Shown here: piece by piece, positions 50,283 through 60,246 of the stretch
How the letters are laid out: each line of letters starts with the position of its first letter
Numbering within the stretch: the stretch's first letter is position 1
Source of the DNA: Acidobacteriota bacterium
GTDB taxonomy: Bacteria > Acidobacteriota > Blastocatellia > RBC074
Assembly (NCBI GenBank): GCA_016789605.1
Contig: JAEUQO010000211.1
Location: forward strand, 1,798 to 65,797
DNA length: 64,000 nucleotides
Direction of reading: 5' to 3'
Notes under the pieces: generated by a model
What the model was told of the DNA's origin: nothing
What the model saw: only the letters and a program-made list of their open reading frames with translations
Database searches by the model: none
Position numbers and translations under genes: made by a program

Positions 50283-50581
50283 ATTTCACAAACCCAGCCA
50301 CAGCGATCCACAAGTCAGGCGCGTATCGCAGCCAAACTAGCGGGACTGAAAATCTGAACCAGGGAAGCGACTTCCCGTCACTGTCAAGCGATTAATAAGG
50401 GGAAACTGTTGCCCGCCCGTGAAAGTTTGATCAAATAAGTATCACGAACGAGAATCGCTGTGTGCTGCCTTTGACCCGTGTTTGTTTGCACTAGAATTGT
50501 CTGGGCTTTTGCTTAGACAGGCGCGCAGTTGTACCCTGACGTTTGCGCCCTTGTCAATCCGCGCCAAAATGCGACGGCTTT

Positions 50582-51400
50582 TCAGCCAAGCCGAAAAAGC
50601 CGCCTGAAATTGGCGCTGGTCACCTGAGCGATCTCCTCTGTGCTCACACCTTTGACTTCTGCCAGGCGTTCCGCCGTGTGTACGACAAATGCCGGTTCGT
50701 TGCGTTTGCCGCGATGCGGCAGCGGAGCCAGATACGGACAATCTGTTTCGATCAAAAGCCGGTCGAGCGGCACCGACCGGGCCACATCGCGTAAATCCTC
50801 CGCCGTTTTGAAGGTCAAAATCCCCGAAAATGAAATGTGAAATCCCATCGCCAGGGCTTCGTCGGCGAGCGCCTGCGTACTGGTAAAACAATGGATGATG
50901 CCACCGATTTCGCCGCCGCCGTTGGCAAACCAGGTGTCACGCAAAATCTGGCAGGTGTCGTCTTCGGCTTCACGCGTGTGAATAATCACCGGCAAACGAC
51001 GCTCAAGCGCCAATTCCAATTGTCGGCGAAAGACCTGACGCTGCACTTCGCGCGGACTGTGGTCGTAATGGTAATCCAGCCCGATTTCGCCCCAGCCAAT
51101 AATCTTTTCCTGCTGGCTCAAACCGAGCAAGGTTTGTTCTAACGCGTCGTCATACAAACTGGCTTCGTGCGGATGAACGCCGATTGCGCCATAAATGAAC
51201 GGGTATTCCTGTACCAGTTTCAACCCCTTGGGCAAGGAGCCTTCGGCGACATCGCTGCCGCAAATTTCCAGCATCAGTTCGATGCCTGCGGCGCGCGCGC
51301 GCGCAATCACTTCCGCGCGGTCTGTGTCGTATTTCGGAACGTCCAGATGAGCGTGAGAATCAATCCACGTCGTAGCGGTCATAGCGGTCGTAGCGGTCAT
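50582..51400 (-). CDS. tatD: TatD family metal-dependent hydrolase
   Basis: WIDSHAHLD, ..IGEIGLDYHY.., ..VIIHTREA.., ..ETDCPYLAP. Start taken at ATG 51400 (AAGGAG 14 nt upstream); ATG 51382 is an in-frame alternative created by an 18-bp duplication. Confidence 0.9.
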   Translation of the reverse strand: MTATTAMTATTWIDSHAHLDVPKYDTDRAEVIARARAAGIELMLEICGSDVAEGSLPKGLKLVQEYPFIYGAIGVHPHEASLYDDALEQTLLGLSQQEKIIGWGEIGLDYHYDHSPREVQRQVFRRQLELALERRLPVIIHTREAEDDTCQILRDTWFANGGGEIGGIIHCFTSTQALADEALAMGFHISFSGILTFKTAEDLRDVARSVPLDRLLIETDCPYLAPLPHRGKRNEPAFVVHTAERLAEVKGVSTEEIAQVTSANFRRLFRLG

Positions 51401-51568
51401 GATGTTTGGTCTTACTCCTTCTCTGCGCACTTAAAATGCGTCGCGGGATTTTTGCTGAATCAACCGCCGTTGTCCATTGGCCGCGATTTCGGTGATCCGC
51501 AACGATAGGCGCAGCGGAACTTTTTGCCAGGCGGTTTTCGTATTTGTGCAGTGTAGGAGGAACGCGAA

Positions 51569-51790
51569 ATGAAAAATCCTGGCACCGCAGCAATCTTGAG
51601 TTTTGTCATTCCCGGCGTCGGACAAATTTATAACGGCGCAATCTGGCGCGGCATTTTCTGGCTGATCATCACGCCCGGATTCTGGTTGGGCACGGGCGGA
51701 TTGTTAGGCTGGGTTTGCCATCTGATCGCCGCCTGGACGGCATATAACTACGCGCAAAAACAGCAGGGATTGTTACTGAGCGGGAGGTAA
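51569..51790 (+). CDS. small two-TM membrane protein (73 aa)
   Basis: TAGGAGG lies 8 nt before the ATG. The product MKNPGTAAILSFVIPGVGQIYNGAIWRGIFWLIITPGFWL.. has the SxxIPGxGQxYNG pattern common in small TM2-like membrane proteins. Confidence 0.6.
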   Translation: MKNPGTAAILSFVIPGVGQIYNGAIWRGIFWLIITPGFWLGTGGLLGWVCHLIAAWTAYNYAQKQQGLLLSGR

Positions 51791-51805
51791 GCTCCCGCTC
51801 AGTAA
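51773..51805. terminator. perfect 14-bp hairpin between convergent genes (bidirectional terminator candidate)
   Basis: ttactgagcgggag-gtaag-ctcccgctcagtaa. The loop contains the TAA stop (51788-51790) of the small membrane protein gene. Confidence 0.65.
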
Positions 51806-51819
51806 CGCCAAGTTACTCC

Positions 51820-54800
51820 TCAGTTCGTCTTGCCTAAAATCACCGTTGGGGCGTTGTGCTTTTTCAACGGGTCATTCACTTTCGGCAATTGTTCGCGGAT
51901 GTATTTTTCAGCCGCGGCAATGCCCGTCTGAAACTCCGGTTGGATTTCATCAAAATATTCTCGCTGCGCCTGTGTCGGTGCAGCGTTCACGCCTTGAATC
52001 GTGCCGAAAAGCGAAGAGAGTTTTTCGCTGATGCGCGAAACGCCTCCGCGACCGCCTTCCTGATCGCCGCCCGTACGCCCTGACAACTTGGCAATTTCCG
52101 CATCGATCTGTTTGATCGAATCGGCGATGCCGGTCGTCAGTTCTTTGGGTGCATCAGGCATTTGCGCTTTGACGGTGCGTTCGATTTGCTGCAACTGCTC
52201 TTTGGCGTTGTCGAACGTGCGCAAAGTCAGATTCACTTTCGTGATCATCTCTTGCAGCTTCAGCGAAAGATCATATTGCGACTGCAATTCCGCCGCCGTC
52301 ACTTTCACAGTCGGGTCAACGCCGACTTGCACTTTCTTCTCTTGCGCTTTGTCGCCAATCAACAACTTGACGGTATAAGTTCCCGGCAATGCCGCCGGCC
52401 CGCGCGGACTGAAACCAAACCCGCCAAATTGCTGTAACTGTTCGGGCGTCAATTCGCGGCGCGCTTTTGGTCCTTCTGTCGCCAAGTCCCACGTGGCGCG
52501 GTTGAAGCCTTGTTCTTTGGGAATCTGCGCGATTTCGCGCACGACTTTTCCGGCAGAATCCAGGATTTGAATCTTGGCCGTGGTTTTGGCGTCCAGCTTT
52601 TCTTTCAGATAGTAGGTAATCATTGCGCCGCTTGGCGGATTCGGTCCGGTGAACGGTTTGTCGCCGATCCCATACCGCGTAAAGCGCGTGGTGAACCGAA
52701 ACGCCGGTCGCACATCAAACAACGTGGCATCTTTGGCGGCGATGTCGGCGTTCATCTGCTGAATGGCTGTCGCATCGTCCAGAATCCAGAATCCGCGTCC
52801 GTGGGTGGCCAGAATCAAATCGTTTTCGCGCGGGTGCACGAAAATGTCGTGCACGGCAACTCGCGGCAGGTTCTTCAAGCCCAAATCCACCCAGGTTTTG
52901 CCGCCGTCATAGGTACCATAAAGCCCAAGCTCGGTTCCGGCATACAGCAAGTTGGGATTTTTCGGGTCTTCTTTCAAAACGTGCACATAACCGCTCGCGG
53001 GCAAATTCCCCGTGATGTTGGTAAAGGTTTTGCCGCCGTCCGTCGTTTTGTACACGTGCGGTTTGAAATCGTCGAACATATGCCGATCAAACGAAATGTA
53101 CGCGACATCGGCATTCGTCGCCGAAGGCTCAACGTGCGAAACCGGCGAATTGGCCGGTACGCCCGACACATTTTTGGTTACGTTCGACCAGTTTTTGCCG
53201 CCATCGGTTGTCACCTGCACATTGCCGTCATCGGTGCCCGCCCAAATCACACCGGCTTTGGCGGGCGACTCATTCACGCTGATGATCGTGCAGTGATATT
53301 CCGCCGAAGTATTTTCTGGCGCGACCGGACCGCCCGCATCCTTGAGTTTGTTGGGATCGTTGGTGGTCAGATCACCGCTGATCTTTTCCCAGGTTTTGCC
53401 GAAATCCGGCGATTTGAACAGGATGTTGCCGCCCATATAAATCGTCGTCTTGCTGTGCGGCGAAAACACCAACGGCGTATTCCAGTTAAAACGATATTTC
53501 TGATTTGCCGCCGGGCCGCCACCGCCACCGGCATACGGGCGAATGGATTGCTGTTCGCGTGTGCGCATGTCCGTCAGCGTGATGTTTCCGCCTTGTGACA
53601 GCGACAAATACAGCTCAGGGTCGTCAGGGTGATTCATCACCTTGAACCCATCACCGAAAGCCGTCATACGCCAATCGTCATTCAAGATGCCTTCGGGTTC
53701 GCGCGTGCGGCTGGGGCCGGTCCAACTGCCGTTGTCTTGCATGCCGCCCATCACGTAATAGAACGGTTGCCGGTTGTCGGCATACACGTGATAGGGCTGC
53801 GCAATCGGTAAGTTATTGATGTATTCCCAGGATTCGCCTTGATCGGTCGAAACCGCCACACCGCCATCCTGCCCAACCCACAACCGTTTCGGATTTAGCG
53901 GATCAATCCACATGGCGTGGTAATCAATGTGCACTTTGGGAGCGATGCTGCGATAGGTGCGCCCGCCGTCAATCGAAACAAACAGCGGCGAAGCCACGGC
54001 ATAAACGCGGTTTTCGTTTTGCGGGTCAACGCGCACGTCGGTGTAATAAAAACCGCGCCCGACAATGTTGGACTGGCGGTAAACATTGCGGAACGTGTCG
54101 CCTTTGTCATCGGAACGGAACATCGCGCCTTCTTTGGTTTCCGCAATGACATAGACGATGCCCGGATTGCTGGGCGCGACTTTGACGCCAATGCGGCCCA
54201 TTAATTTTGGCAATCCATTCGCCAGTTTGGCCCAGGTGCGCCCGCCGTCAATCGAACGAAAAACACCGCCTTTTTCGCTGCCACTGACAAACGTCCAGGG
54301 TTTGCGCTCAAACCGCCAGACGCCTGCATAAAGGATGTTGGGATTTTGCGGATCAATTTCCAGATCGCTGATGCCGTGTTCAGCATCCACAAACAAAGTC
54401 TTCGTCCAGGTTTTGCCGCCGTCGCTCGTCATAAACACGCCGCGCTCTTCGTTCGGGCCAAAAATGTGGCCGAGCGCACCGACATACACGATATTCGGAT
54501 TGGTCGGATGGATCACGATGCGGGTGATGTACATCGTGTCTTTTAGTCCCACGTGTTGCCAGGTTTTGCCGCCATCGGTGGATTTGTAAACGCCGTCGCC
54601 GTACGACACGCTGTTGCGCGGATTGCCTTCGCCAGTGCCGACCCAAACCACGTCGGGGTTGTTCGGTTCGAGCGCGACATCACCGATAGAAAGCGTTCCT
54701 TGCCGTTCAAAAATTGGCTTCCAGGTGACGCCGCCATTGGTCGTTTTCCACAATCCGCCAGACGCAGACGCGACATAGACGATGTTCGGATTGCCGGGCA

Positions 54801-55074
54801 CGCCTTCGACATCGGCTACGCGCCCGTCAAAGATCGCCGGGCCGATGCTGCGCCATTCCAGGCGCGCAAAGGTCTTGTCGTTAACCTCGCCATTGGCTGC
54901 CGCAGTAAGTGCAGCATCACTGTTTGCCGAAACCAGGCCGACATACCCGAACAACACAATTGCGCACGCCGACAACAACAATGCACGCCGGGACGAAAAA
55001 AGACGACGTAGCAACACGACGACACCTCCTGAATTTGGTTGAATAGATTTTCTTCGGTTTGTGCGGAAGACCAT
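51820..55074 (-). CDS. secreted BNR/Asp-box repeat, sortilin (VPS10)-like beta-propeller protein
   Basis: Many Asp-box motifs (WKTTNGGVTW, YKSTDGGKTW, TSDGGKTW, RSIDGGRTW, VSIDGGRTY, TTDGGKNW, KTTDGGKTF) in a 1084-aa protein with an N-terminal hydrophobic segment. Confidence 0.8.
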   Translation of the reverse strand: MVFRTNRRKSIQPNSGGVVVLLRRLFSSRRALLLSACAIVLFGYVGLVSANSDAALTAAANGEVNDKTFARLEWRSIGPAIFDGRVADVEGVPGNPNIVYVASASGGLWKTTNGGVTWKPIFERQGTLSIGDVALEPNNPDVVWVGTGEGNPRNSVSYGDGVYKSTDGGKTWQHVGLKDTMYITRIVIHPTNPNIVYVGALGHIFGPNEERGVFMTSDGGKTWTKTLFVDAEHGISDLEIDPQNPNILYAGVWRFERKPWTFVSGSEKGGVFRSIDGGRTWAKLANGLPKLMGRIGVKVAPSNPGIVYVIAETKEGAMFRSDDKGDTFRNVYRQSNIVGRGFYYTDVRVDPQNENRVYAVASPLFVSIDGGRTYRSIAPKVHIDYHAMWIDPLNPKRLWVGQDGGVAVSTDQGESWEYINNLPIAQPYHVYADNRQPFYYVMGGMQDNGSWTGPSRTREPEGILNDDWRMTAFGDGFKVMNHPDDPELYLSLSQGGNITLTDMRTREQQSIRPYAGGGGGPAANQKYRFNWNTPLVFSPHSKTTIYMGGNILFKSPDFGKTWEKISGDLTTNDPNKLKDAGGPVAPENTSAEYHCTIISVNESPAKAGVIWAGTDDGNVQVTTDGGKNWSNVTKNVSGVPANSPVSHVEPSATNADVAYISFDRHMFDDFKPHVYKTTDGGKTFTNITGNLPASGYVHVLKEDPKNPNLLYAGTELGLYGTYDGGKTWVDLGLKNLPRVAVHDIFVHPRENDLILATHGRGFWILDDATAIQQMNADIAAKDATLFDVRPAFRFTTRFTRYGIGDKPFTGPNPPSGAMITYYLKEKLDAKTTAKIQILDSAGKVVREIAQIPKEQGFNRATWDLATEGPKARRELTPEQLQQFGGFGFSPRGPAALPGTYTVKLLIGDKAQEKKVQVGVDPTVKVTAAELQSQYDLSLKLQEMITKVNLTLRTFDNAKEQLQQIERTVKAQMPDAPKELTTGIADSIKQIDAEIAKLSGRTGGDQEGGRGGVSRISEKLSSLFGTIQGVNAAPTQAQREYFDEIQPEFQTGIAAAEKYIREQLPKVNDPLKKHNAPTVILGKTN

Positions 55075-55356
55075 GACTCTGCCACGACTCGGAATGAACG
55101 ATCACAGAAAGACAGCGGCGAATCTACTGTGCGCGATAGTACTTCGTCAAATTTGCGTCGCAGCCTGCTAGCTAGCCGCCGCAAACGTGCGAGATTTTCT
55201 CGACCAATCCCGTCGGCAATTAATCATTAATCCTTGCATCGGCAAGCAACGTAACGGCGGCGCGTGCAATCAGTACAGCGCGCCTGAAATTCTGAAGTCA
55301 TTGCAATCACAATCCATTGATCGCGTTGCGATCTGTTGGAGGAGGTACGAGCCAAC

Positions 55357-55869
55357 ATGCCCCCGATGTTATCCGCCCCTGGCCTGCGCGTTTGGAAAAA
55401 GCTGTTTTTCTGGCGCAAGCAAACACAAACTCCCTACCACCCGACGCTGCAATTGCAACGCGTGTCGTTGCAATACCTGGTCGAAAATCTCAACCTCAAT
55501 CTGACTGTCAGCGAACGGCATCAATTGCTGGCCACAATTGATAGCTGGATGCGCGCCCACGCCGATGTCGTGCGCGAAGACGGCGACGCCTGGTCTGCTG
55601 AGTGCCTGGACAAAGTACGCAGCAAGATTTTCCGGCGCGTGCCGTTGACGTCAGATTCATGGCAACGACTCTTGCATCAGTTACCAGCAGAAACGTCCGG
55701 CCAACAACCAGCCCAACCACAAACTCAACAACCAGTCCAAGCTCAGGCACAACAACCTGTACAACGGTCGGCACAGCGCCCTTTGCCGCCGCGTCCGGCT
55801 CCGCGTCGCAAAAAGTGGTGGCAAACGCTCGGACTGCCTTGGTTGCGTTCGACCCGCACCAGCAACTAA
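55357..55869 (+). CDS. hypothetical protein with Q/P-rich C-terminus
   Basis: ORF 55336..55869. ATG 55357 lies 10 nt after GGAGGAGG (55339-55346). No family recognised. Contains the low-complexity QQPAQPQTQQPVQAQAQQPVQ. Confidence 0.4.
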   Translation: MPPMLSAPGLRVWKKLFFWRKQTQTPYHPTLQLQRVSLQYLVENLNLNLTVSERHQLLATIDSWMRAHADVVREDGDAWSAECLDKVRSKIFRRVPLTSDSWQRLLHQLPAETSGQQPAQPQTQQPVQAQAQQPVQRSAQRPLPPRPAPRRKKWWQTLGLPWLRSTRTSN

Positions 55870-55992
55870 CCACAAGAATGCGTTTCACCTTGGCAGCTTG
55901 ACTAACCCGCAAGCGGCGCTAACAATGCGCCCGCTCGCAATTCAAACGTCGTTTCCGACCAAACAACATTTCATTTTCGACAGGTGAGGCGC

Positions 55993-57318
55993 ATGCAGAA
56001 CGATCGTCGCGATTTTCTGAAAGCTTCCGTCGCCGCGGGATTGTTTCCTGCGCTCGTCGGCGCACAAGCCAAAGACAAAAAATACCGTACGGCCCTGATT
56101 GGCACTGGCTGGTGGGGAATGAACATCCTGCGTGAAGCCATGGCGGCAGGCGAATCTAAAGTCGTGGCGCTGTGTGACGTGGATGAAAACATGCTCAATC
56201 CCGCCGCCGCCGAAGTGCAGAAATTGTCAGGCGATCAACCCAAACTGTATCGCGATTACCGCGCAATGCTGGCCAAGGAAAAACCTGACATTTGTATCGT
56301 CGGCACACCTGATCACTGGCACGCGCTGTGTATGATCGAAGCCGTCAAAGTCGGCGCGCACGTATACGTCGAAAAACCCATCAGCCACACCATTCGCGAA
56401 GGCCGTGCGATGGTCAATGCCGCGCGCGCCGCTAATCGCATCGTGCAAGTCGGCACACATCGTCGCATTTCGCCGCACAATGTTTCAGGCCGCGAATTCA
56501 TCAGATCGGGCAAGCTGGGCAAAATCGGAATGGTGCGCTGTTTTGTGCTTTATGGTGGCGGGCCGGAAAAACCCGAACCCAACACCGAAGCCCCCAAAGG
56601 GTTGGATTGGGACATGTGGTGTGGGCCTGCGCCATTGCGGGCATTCAACAAAAAGATTCATACGCGCGGCTTTCGCAACTTTCTGGAATATGCCAACGGC
56701 ACGCTGGGCGATTGGGGCATACACTGGCTGGATCAAATCCTGTGGATTACGGGCGAGAAATATCCGAAGCGAATTTTTTCAACCGGCGGACGGCCGATTG
56801 CCGGTCCCATCATCAACACGCCAGCGGCGCAAACCACCAACGCGCCCGATCACCAGGTCGCGGTCTATGAATTCGACCAATTCACCGTCAACTGGGAACA
56901 TCGCCGCTTCGGCGGCAACAACGCCGAAAAGACGCATCCGCAACAAGCCGTTGGTTGTTACTTTTACGGGACGGGCGGCACTTTCCACATGGGCTGGCTG
57001 GACGGTTGGACGTTTTACCCGGCCAACGCCAAAGACCCTGTCATTCACGAAGACGCCAAGCTGAATATGCCCGACAACCAGAACATCAAACAGCTCTGGG
57101 CCGATTTTCTCGACGCAATCAAAACGGGCCGCAAACCGGTCAGCGACATCGAAGAAGCCTATTACTCAACCAATGTCGCCTTGCTGGGCATGTTGTCCAT
57201 GAAACTGGGCCGCAGCCTGCAATGGGACGGCGCCAAAGAACTCATCGTCGGCGACCCGGAAGCCAACAAACACCTGAGCCGCACATATCGCGGCACCTGG
57301 CAATATCCGAAAGCCTAA
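55993..57318 (+). CDS. Tat-exported Gfo/Idh/MocA family oxidoreductase
   Basis: MQNDRRDFLKASVAAGLFPALVGAQA is a twin-arginine signal. Rossmann motif YRTALIGTGWWGMN. GTG at 55984 is an alternative start. Confidence 0.9.
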   Translation: MQNDRRDFLKASVAAGLFPALVGAQAKDKKYRTALIGTGWWGMNILREAMAAGESKVVALCDVDENMLNPAAAEVQKLSGDQPKLYRDYRAMLAKEKPDICIVGTPDHWHALCMIEAVKVGAHVYVEKPISHTIREGRAMVNAARAANRIVQVGTHRRISPHNVSGREFIRSGKLGKIGMVRCFVLYGGGPEKPEPNTEAPKGLDWDMWCGPAPLRAFNKKIHTRGFRNFLEYANGTLGDWGIHWLDQILWITGEKYPKRIFSTGGRPIAGPIINTPAAQTTNAPDHQVAVYEFDQFTVNWEHRRFGGNNAEKTHPQQAVGCYFYGTGGTFHMGWLDGWTFYPANAKDPVIHEDAKLNMPDNQNIKQLWADFLDAIKTGRKPVSDIEEAYYSTNVALLGMLSMKLGRSLQWDGAKELIVGDPEANKHLSRTYRGTWQYPKA

Positions 57319-57344
57319 CCATTGTGCTTGCCATTCGCACGATA

Positions 57345-59936
57345 TCAATTGCTAATCGTGCCTTGTTGTACGACGCCGCCTTTTTGAATAACGGCCACTT
57401 CAATGCTGAAGTAGAAAGGGCATATCTCGCTAATGCGCGTTTCGTGACCGCGTAACATTCCCTGAATGGCTCGTTTGGGGATGAAGAGCACGCGGGTGAT
57501 ATCTGAACCAAATGGTATTTCTTCAATCGGTTTCATCGCCTGTGAAACGATGTTCTGGCGATGTGTTTCCTTCAAACTTGGGAAAAGCCGATCGGCGGCG
57601 GGCAGCAGTAAATTGGTATACTTGTCCAGAAATAGTTGGAAACCTGTCGGTTCGGCATCACCAACAGGAACTGCCGACGCCAACGACGCTGCGGTGCCAA
57701 AGGCATTCAGGATTTTAAAGACGATGGCTCTGACGCTGCGCTCATCCCGTCGATCCACAGTATTGACCATCATCTCGAAGGTATATGGCCGATACGTAAC
57801 CACACCGGTACAGAACGGTTCGTTGCTATCTCGGCTTTGTGTTAACAGACCTCGACTCGGCAATTGCGTTGACTGAAACGTATTGGCAATGTGGTAGAAG
57901 TCATCGCGCCTCATCAAATGCCATTTGCTGTCATTCACAGGCAACCCTGATTCGCTTAATTCGGCCAGCAACTGATACAACGTCGAGCGCGCCTCTGTAC
58001 CGCGCATGATTTCTAATTTGATTGCGCTCAATTCGTCCTGTGCCTTATTAGCGGCCACGCGCGAAAGGCGCGCCGCACGCTCGGCAACATTGATCTTATC
58101 TTTCACATCCTGAGTTTGATCAGTTTTGACTTCGTAAAGCAAATTCTGCAACTCATGTTCGTCTGCCAAGGCTTTCTTTTCGGCTTCACGCAACTGGGCA
58201 ATCGCCTCGTTGATCCTCTTCTGGTATTCGTCGAATTTGGCTAAATCGCTTTTGCTCTGAGCAGTGGCGATCCCCTTCACTTTTTCCTTTCGTAACTTCG
58301 CCTGATCGTTCGCGGCAAGTGGATCCCAAACAAACGGAAGCTCGCTTTTCAACTTAGGGTTGAATTTCTTCTCTAACCCGACAGCGATCTCAACCGAAGC
58401 GCTATATGCCAGGATCGAAGAGCCGATATATTGCTTACCGTCATCCTCTTTCAGGTTATTAAAAAGCCGCACGGTCAACACATAGTTCTCGTCACTTGTC
58501 ACCCTGCCATACAGATCGCTTGCCATCCGCTCATCCATTACGTTGAGTTTGACTTTGAGGGGGGCAAACTTACTCACAGCGGCCAGGCGAACAGGGAGTT
58601 TGGCCAGAATCGGCTGATTACTAAGGTAGGCAGTAACTTTGACAACAATTTGAGGAGGACGAAGATGACGAACTGTCGTCCCATCGGTATTACGGGATTC
58701 GATTTCGGTGGGTAATGGATCCCGCCAGTAAATCGTGAGTTGATTTCCCTCTGCGGCCAGCGTGACCCATTTTTCATCTTGCTCTTTATTTTCCAACTCG
58801 AACTGTACGATGACGTCTGGTTGAGGGACGCCTTGCTTGTTCCGCACCTGAGCAGTCGTCGTGATGTTTCCGTTGGGCAAGATGGGAGCCACGATTGGCG
58901 GCGAAAAAGTGATGTAACCTTCGCGTCGAAGAATGGTAAACGGCAGAGTTTTACTCACTGGTGTGAGGCCCCCTTGCACTACTGTAAAAGTAAGCTTGGC
59001 TGGTTTAGTTGTCGGCGGGCTTTCTTCTCTAGGCCAATGCAATGCCTCGACTTTCACGACGTCCCCTATAAGTTCGGCGTGTAGAAGTGGCTGATCATTA
59101 TCGAGTTTTACGTCTCGTAAATCCTTTATCAATGGAAGCAAGTTTGCCCCCTTCTTCAATAGGATTTTGAAGTTTGGTAATTTATCGCCTTCAATAAGTT
59201 GTGGTGTGGCAAGGTCGACAAAGGCAATTTCGTCAGGTTTGGCCAGTACCCGAATTTTGAAAGCAGCCACTGGCATGGTTTGCAGCGTATCAAACTTCAG
59301 ATCAATTTGTGCCTCGCTATCGCTCTGTACCCCTGAAGCTATGAGCTTGTCACCGCTGCTTCGAACGATATTCGGATGACGGCTCTCGGCTTTCCCCGCC
59401 ACCGCAGCCCCATTAATCATTGTGCTGACGTCAATCTTCCGCTCCTCTCCTTCACTAAGATAAACAGTATCTTCCGGGCGCAACGTTTTCGTTTCGCCCA
59501 ATTTACTCAAAAGCACTGTCAATTCCAGGTTCGGTTTGATTTTGATGGCAATCTTATCGCTTTCAAATTGTCTCCCGTCTGTGTGCGTGTACTTGAGTTT
59601 TATCTCTTTTCGTAGCTCGCTCGCTCGATACTTAAAACCTGTATTGTTTTTCAAAACCCAGGCCTGATCACTCAGCACAACTTCCAATAAATCGTCCGTT
59701 AGGCTCAGACCGGTTGTTATCGGTGTAGCTACATCTCCCACCAAGAACTTCGGCGCCAACTTCTCGCCTTTGTTGAATTCCAACGTAATTTCTTTGGGCA
59801 GATCAGTTAGCTTGCCGCTGGATTGTGCTCGCCCCCAGGTCTTTTCTGGGGTTACGCTTATGGCAAGTAAAAAAGCCAGTAAGAACAAACTGCTGCAAAG
59901 TCTTGAGAAAAAGAACGGGAACCGGGAAGTCTTCAT
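57345..59936 (-). CDS. orphan 863-aa secreted protein (beta-rich N-terminal two thirds, central coiled coil, unknown C-terminal domain)
   Basis: ORF 57345..59993, trimmed to ATG 59936 with AAAGGAG upstream. Signal MKTSRFPFFFSRLCSSLFLLAFLLAISV. Coiled-coil stretch KFDEYQKRINEAIAQLREAEKKALADEHELQNLLYEV. AT-richer codon usage than the rest of the window. No family recognised. Confidence 0.6.
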   Translation of the reverse strand: MKTSRFPFFFSRLCSSLFLLAFLLAISVTPEKTWGRAQSSGKLTDLPKEITLEFNKGEKLAPKFLVGDVATPITTGLSLTDDLLEVVLSDQAWVLKNNTGFKYRASELRKEIKLKYTHTDGRQFESDKIAIKIKPNLELTVLLSKLGETKTLRPEDTVYLSEGEERKIDVSTMINGAAVAGKAESRHPNIVRSSGDKLIASGVQSDSEAQIDLKFDTLQTMPVAAFKIRVLAKPDEIAFVDLATPQLIEGDKLPNFKILLKKGANLLPLIKDLRDVKLDNDQPLLHAELIGDVVKVEALHWPREESPPTTKPAKLTFTVVQGGLTPVSKTLPFTILRREGYITFSPPIVAPILPNGNITTTAQVRNKQGVPQPDVIVQFELENKEQDEKWVTLAAEGNQLTIYWRDPLPTEIESRNTDGTTVRHLRPPQIVVKVTAYLSNQPILAKLPVRLAAVSKFAPLKVKLNVMDERMASDLYGRVTSDENYVLTVRLFNNLKEDDGKQYIGSSILAYSASVEIAVGLEKKFNPKLKSELPFVWDPLAANDQAKLRKEKVKGIATAQSKSDLAKFDEYQKRINEAIAQLREAEKKALADEHELQNLLYEVKTDQTQDVKDKINVAERAARLSRVAANKAQDELSAIKLEIMRGTEARSTLYQLLAELSESGLPVNDSKWHLMRRDDFYHIANTFQSTQLPSRGLLTQSRDSNEPFCTGVVTYRPYTFEMMVNTVDRRDERSVRAIVFKILNAFGTAASLASAVPVGDAEPTGFQLFLDKYTNLLLPAADRLFPSLKETHRQNIVSQAMKPIEEIPFGSDITRVLFIPKRAIQGMLRGHETRISEICPFYFSIEVAVIQKGGVVQQGTISN

Positions 59937-60098
59937 TTCTGCTTCTCCTTTGGGATGGCCAGCCTGCCGTATCAAGTTTCCTACTCTGCGCAAGACCTAT
60001 TTCCTGCTAGAAGTATGTGCTCACCTTATGTCTTCTCTCACGAGGAAAAATTTCAAGCACTAGCTCAATTTTTATTATCACAGTTAAAAGCCCCTCCA

Positions 60099-60126
60099 TT
60101 GCGTCTGAAAGACCAATGTTTATAAT
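60099..60126 (+). promoter_or_regulatory. sigma-70-like promoter candidate (TTGCGT-N16-TATAAT)
   Basis: TTGCGT at 60099-60104 and a consensus TATAAT at 60121-60126, in the divergent intergenic region upstream of the sigma-like gene. Confidence 0.35.
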
Positions 60127-60246
60127 GGCGGAGGGCGCTGCTTGTTACCGATAACACAAGCTGACAGCTGAGACTTTTCACTAACAGGTGTCCGAATAGT
60201 GCCCCCCATTCTCCCAAACCCATTCACAGGAAGTGCTTCACCGTAT

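Noticed and set aside
50442-50891. 149-aa minus-strand ORF spanning the tatD 3' end and the tatD-yajQ spacer.
   Set aside because: It overlaps tatD out of frame, is Arg/Gly/Ser-rich, and has no RBS or motifs.
55075-55356. Several short palindromes (GCTAGCTAGC near 55169, TTAATCATTAA near 55213, GATCGC-gtt-GCGATC near 55318) upstream of a weak hypothetical gene.
   Set aside because: They are short enough to occur by chance, I could recognise no repeated consensus, and the downstream gene itself is low-confidence. I noted them but do not promote them to a finding.
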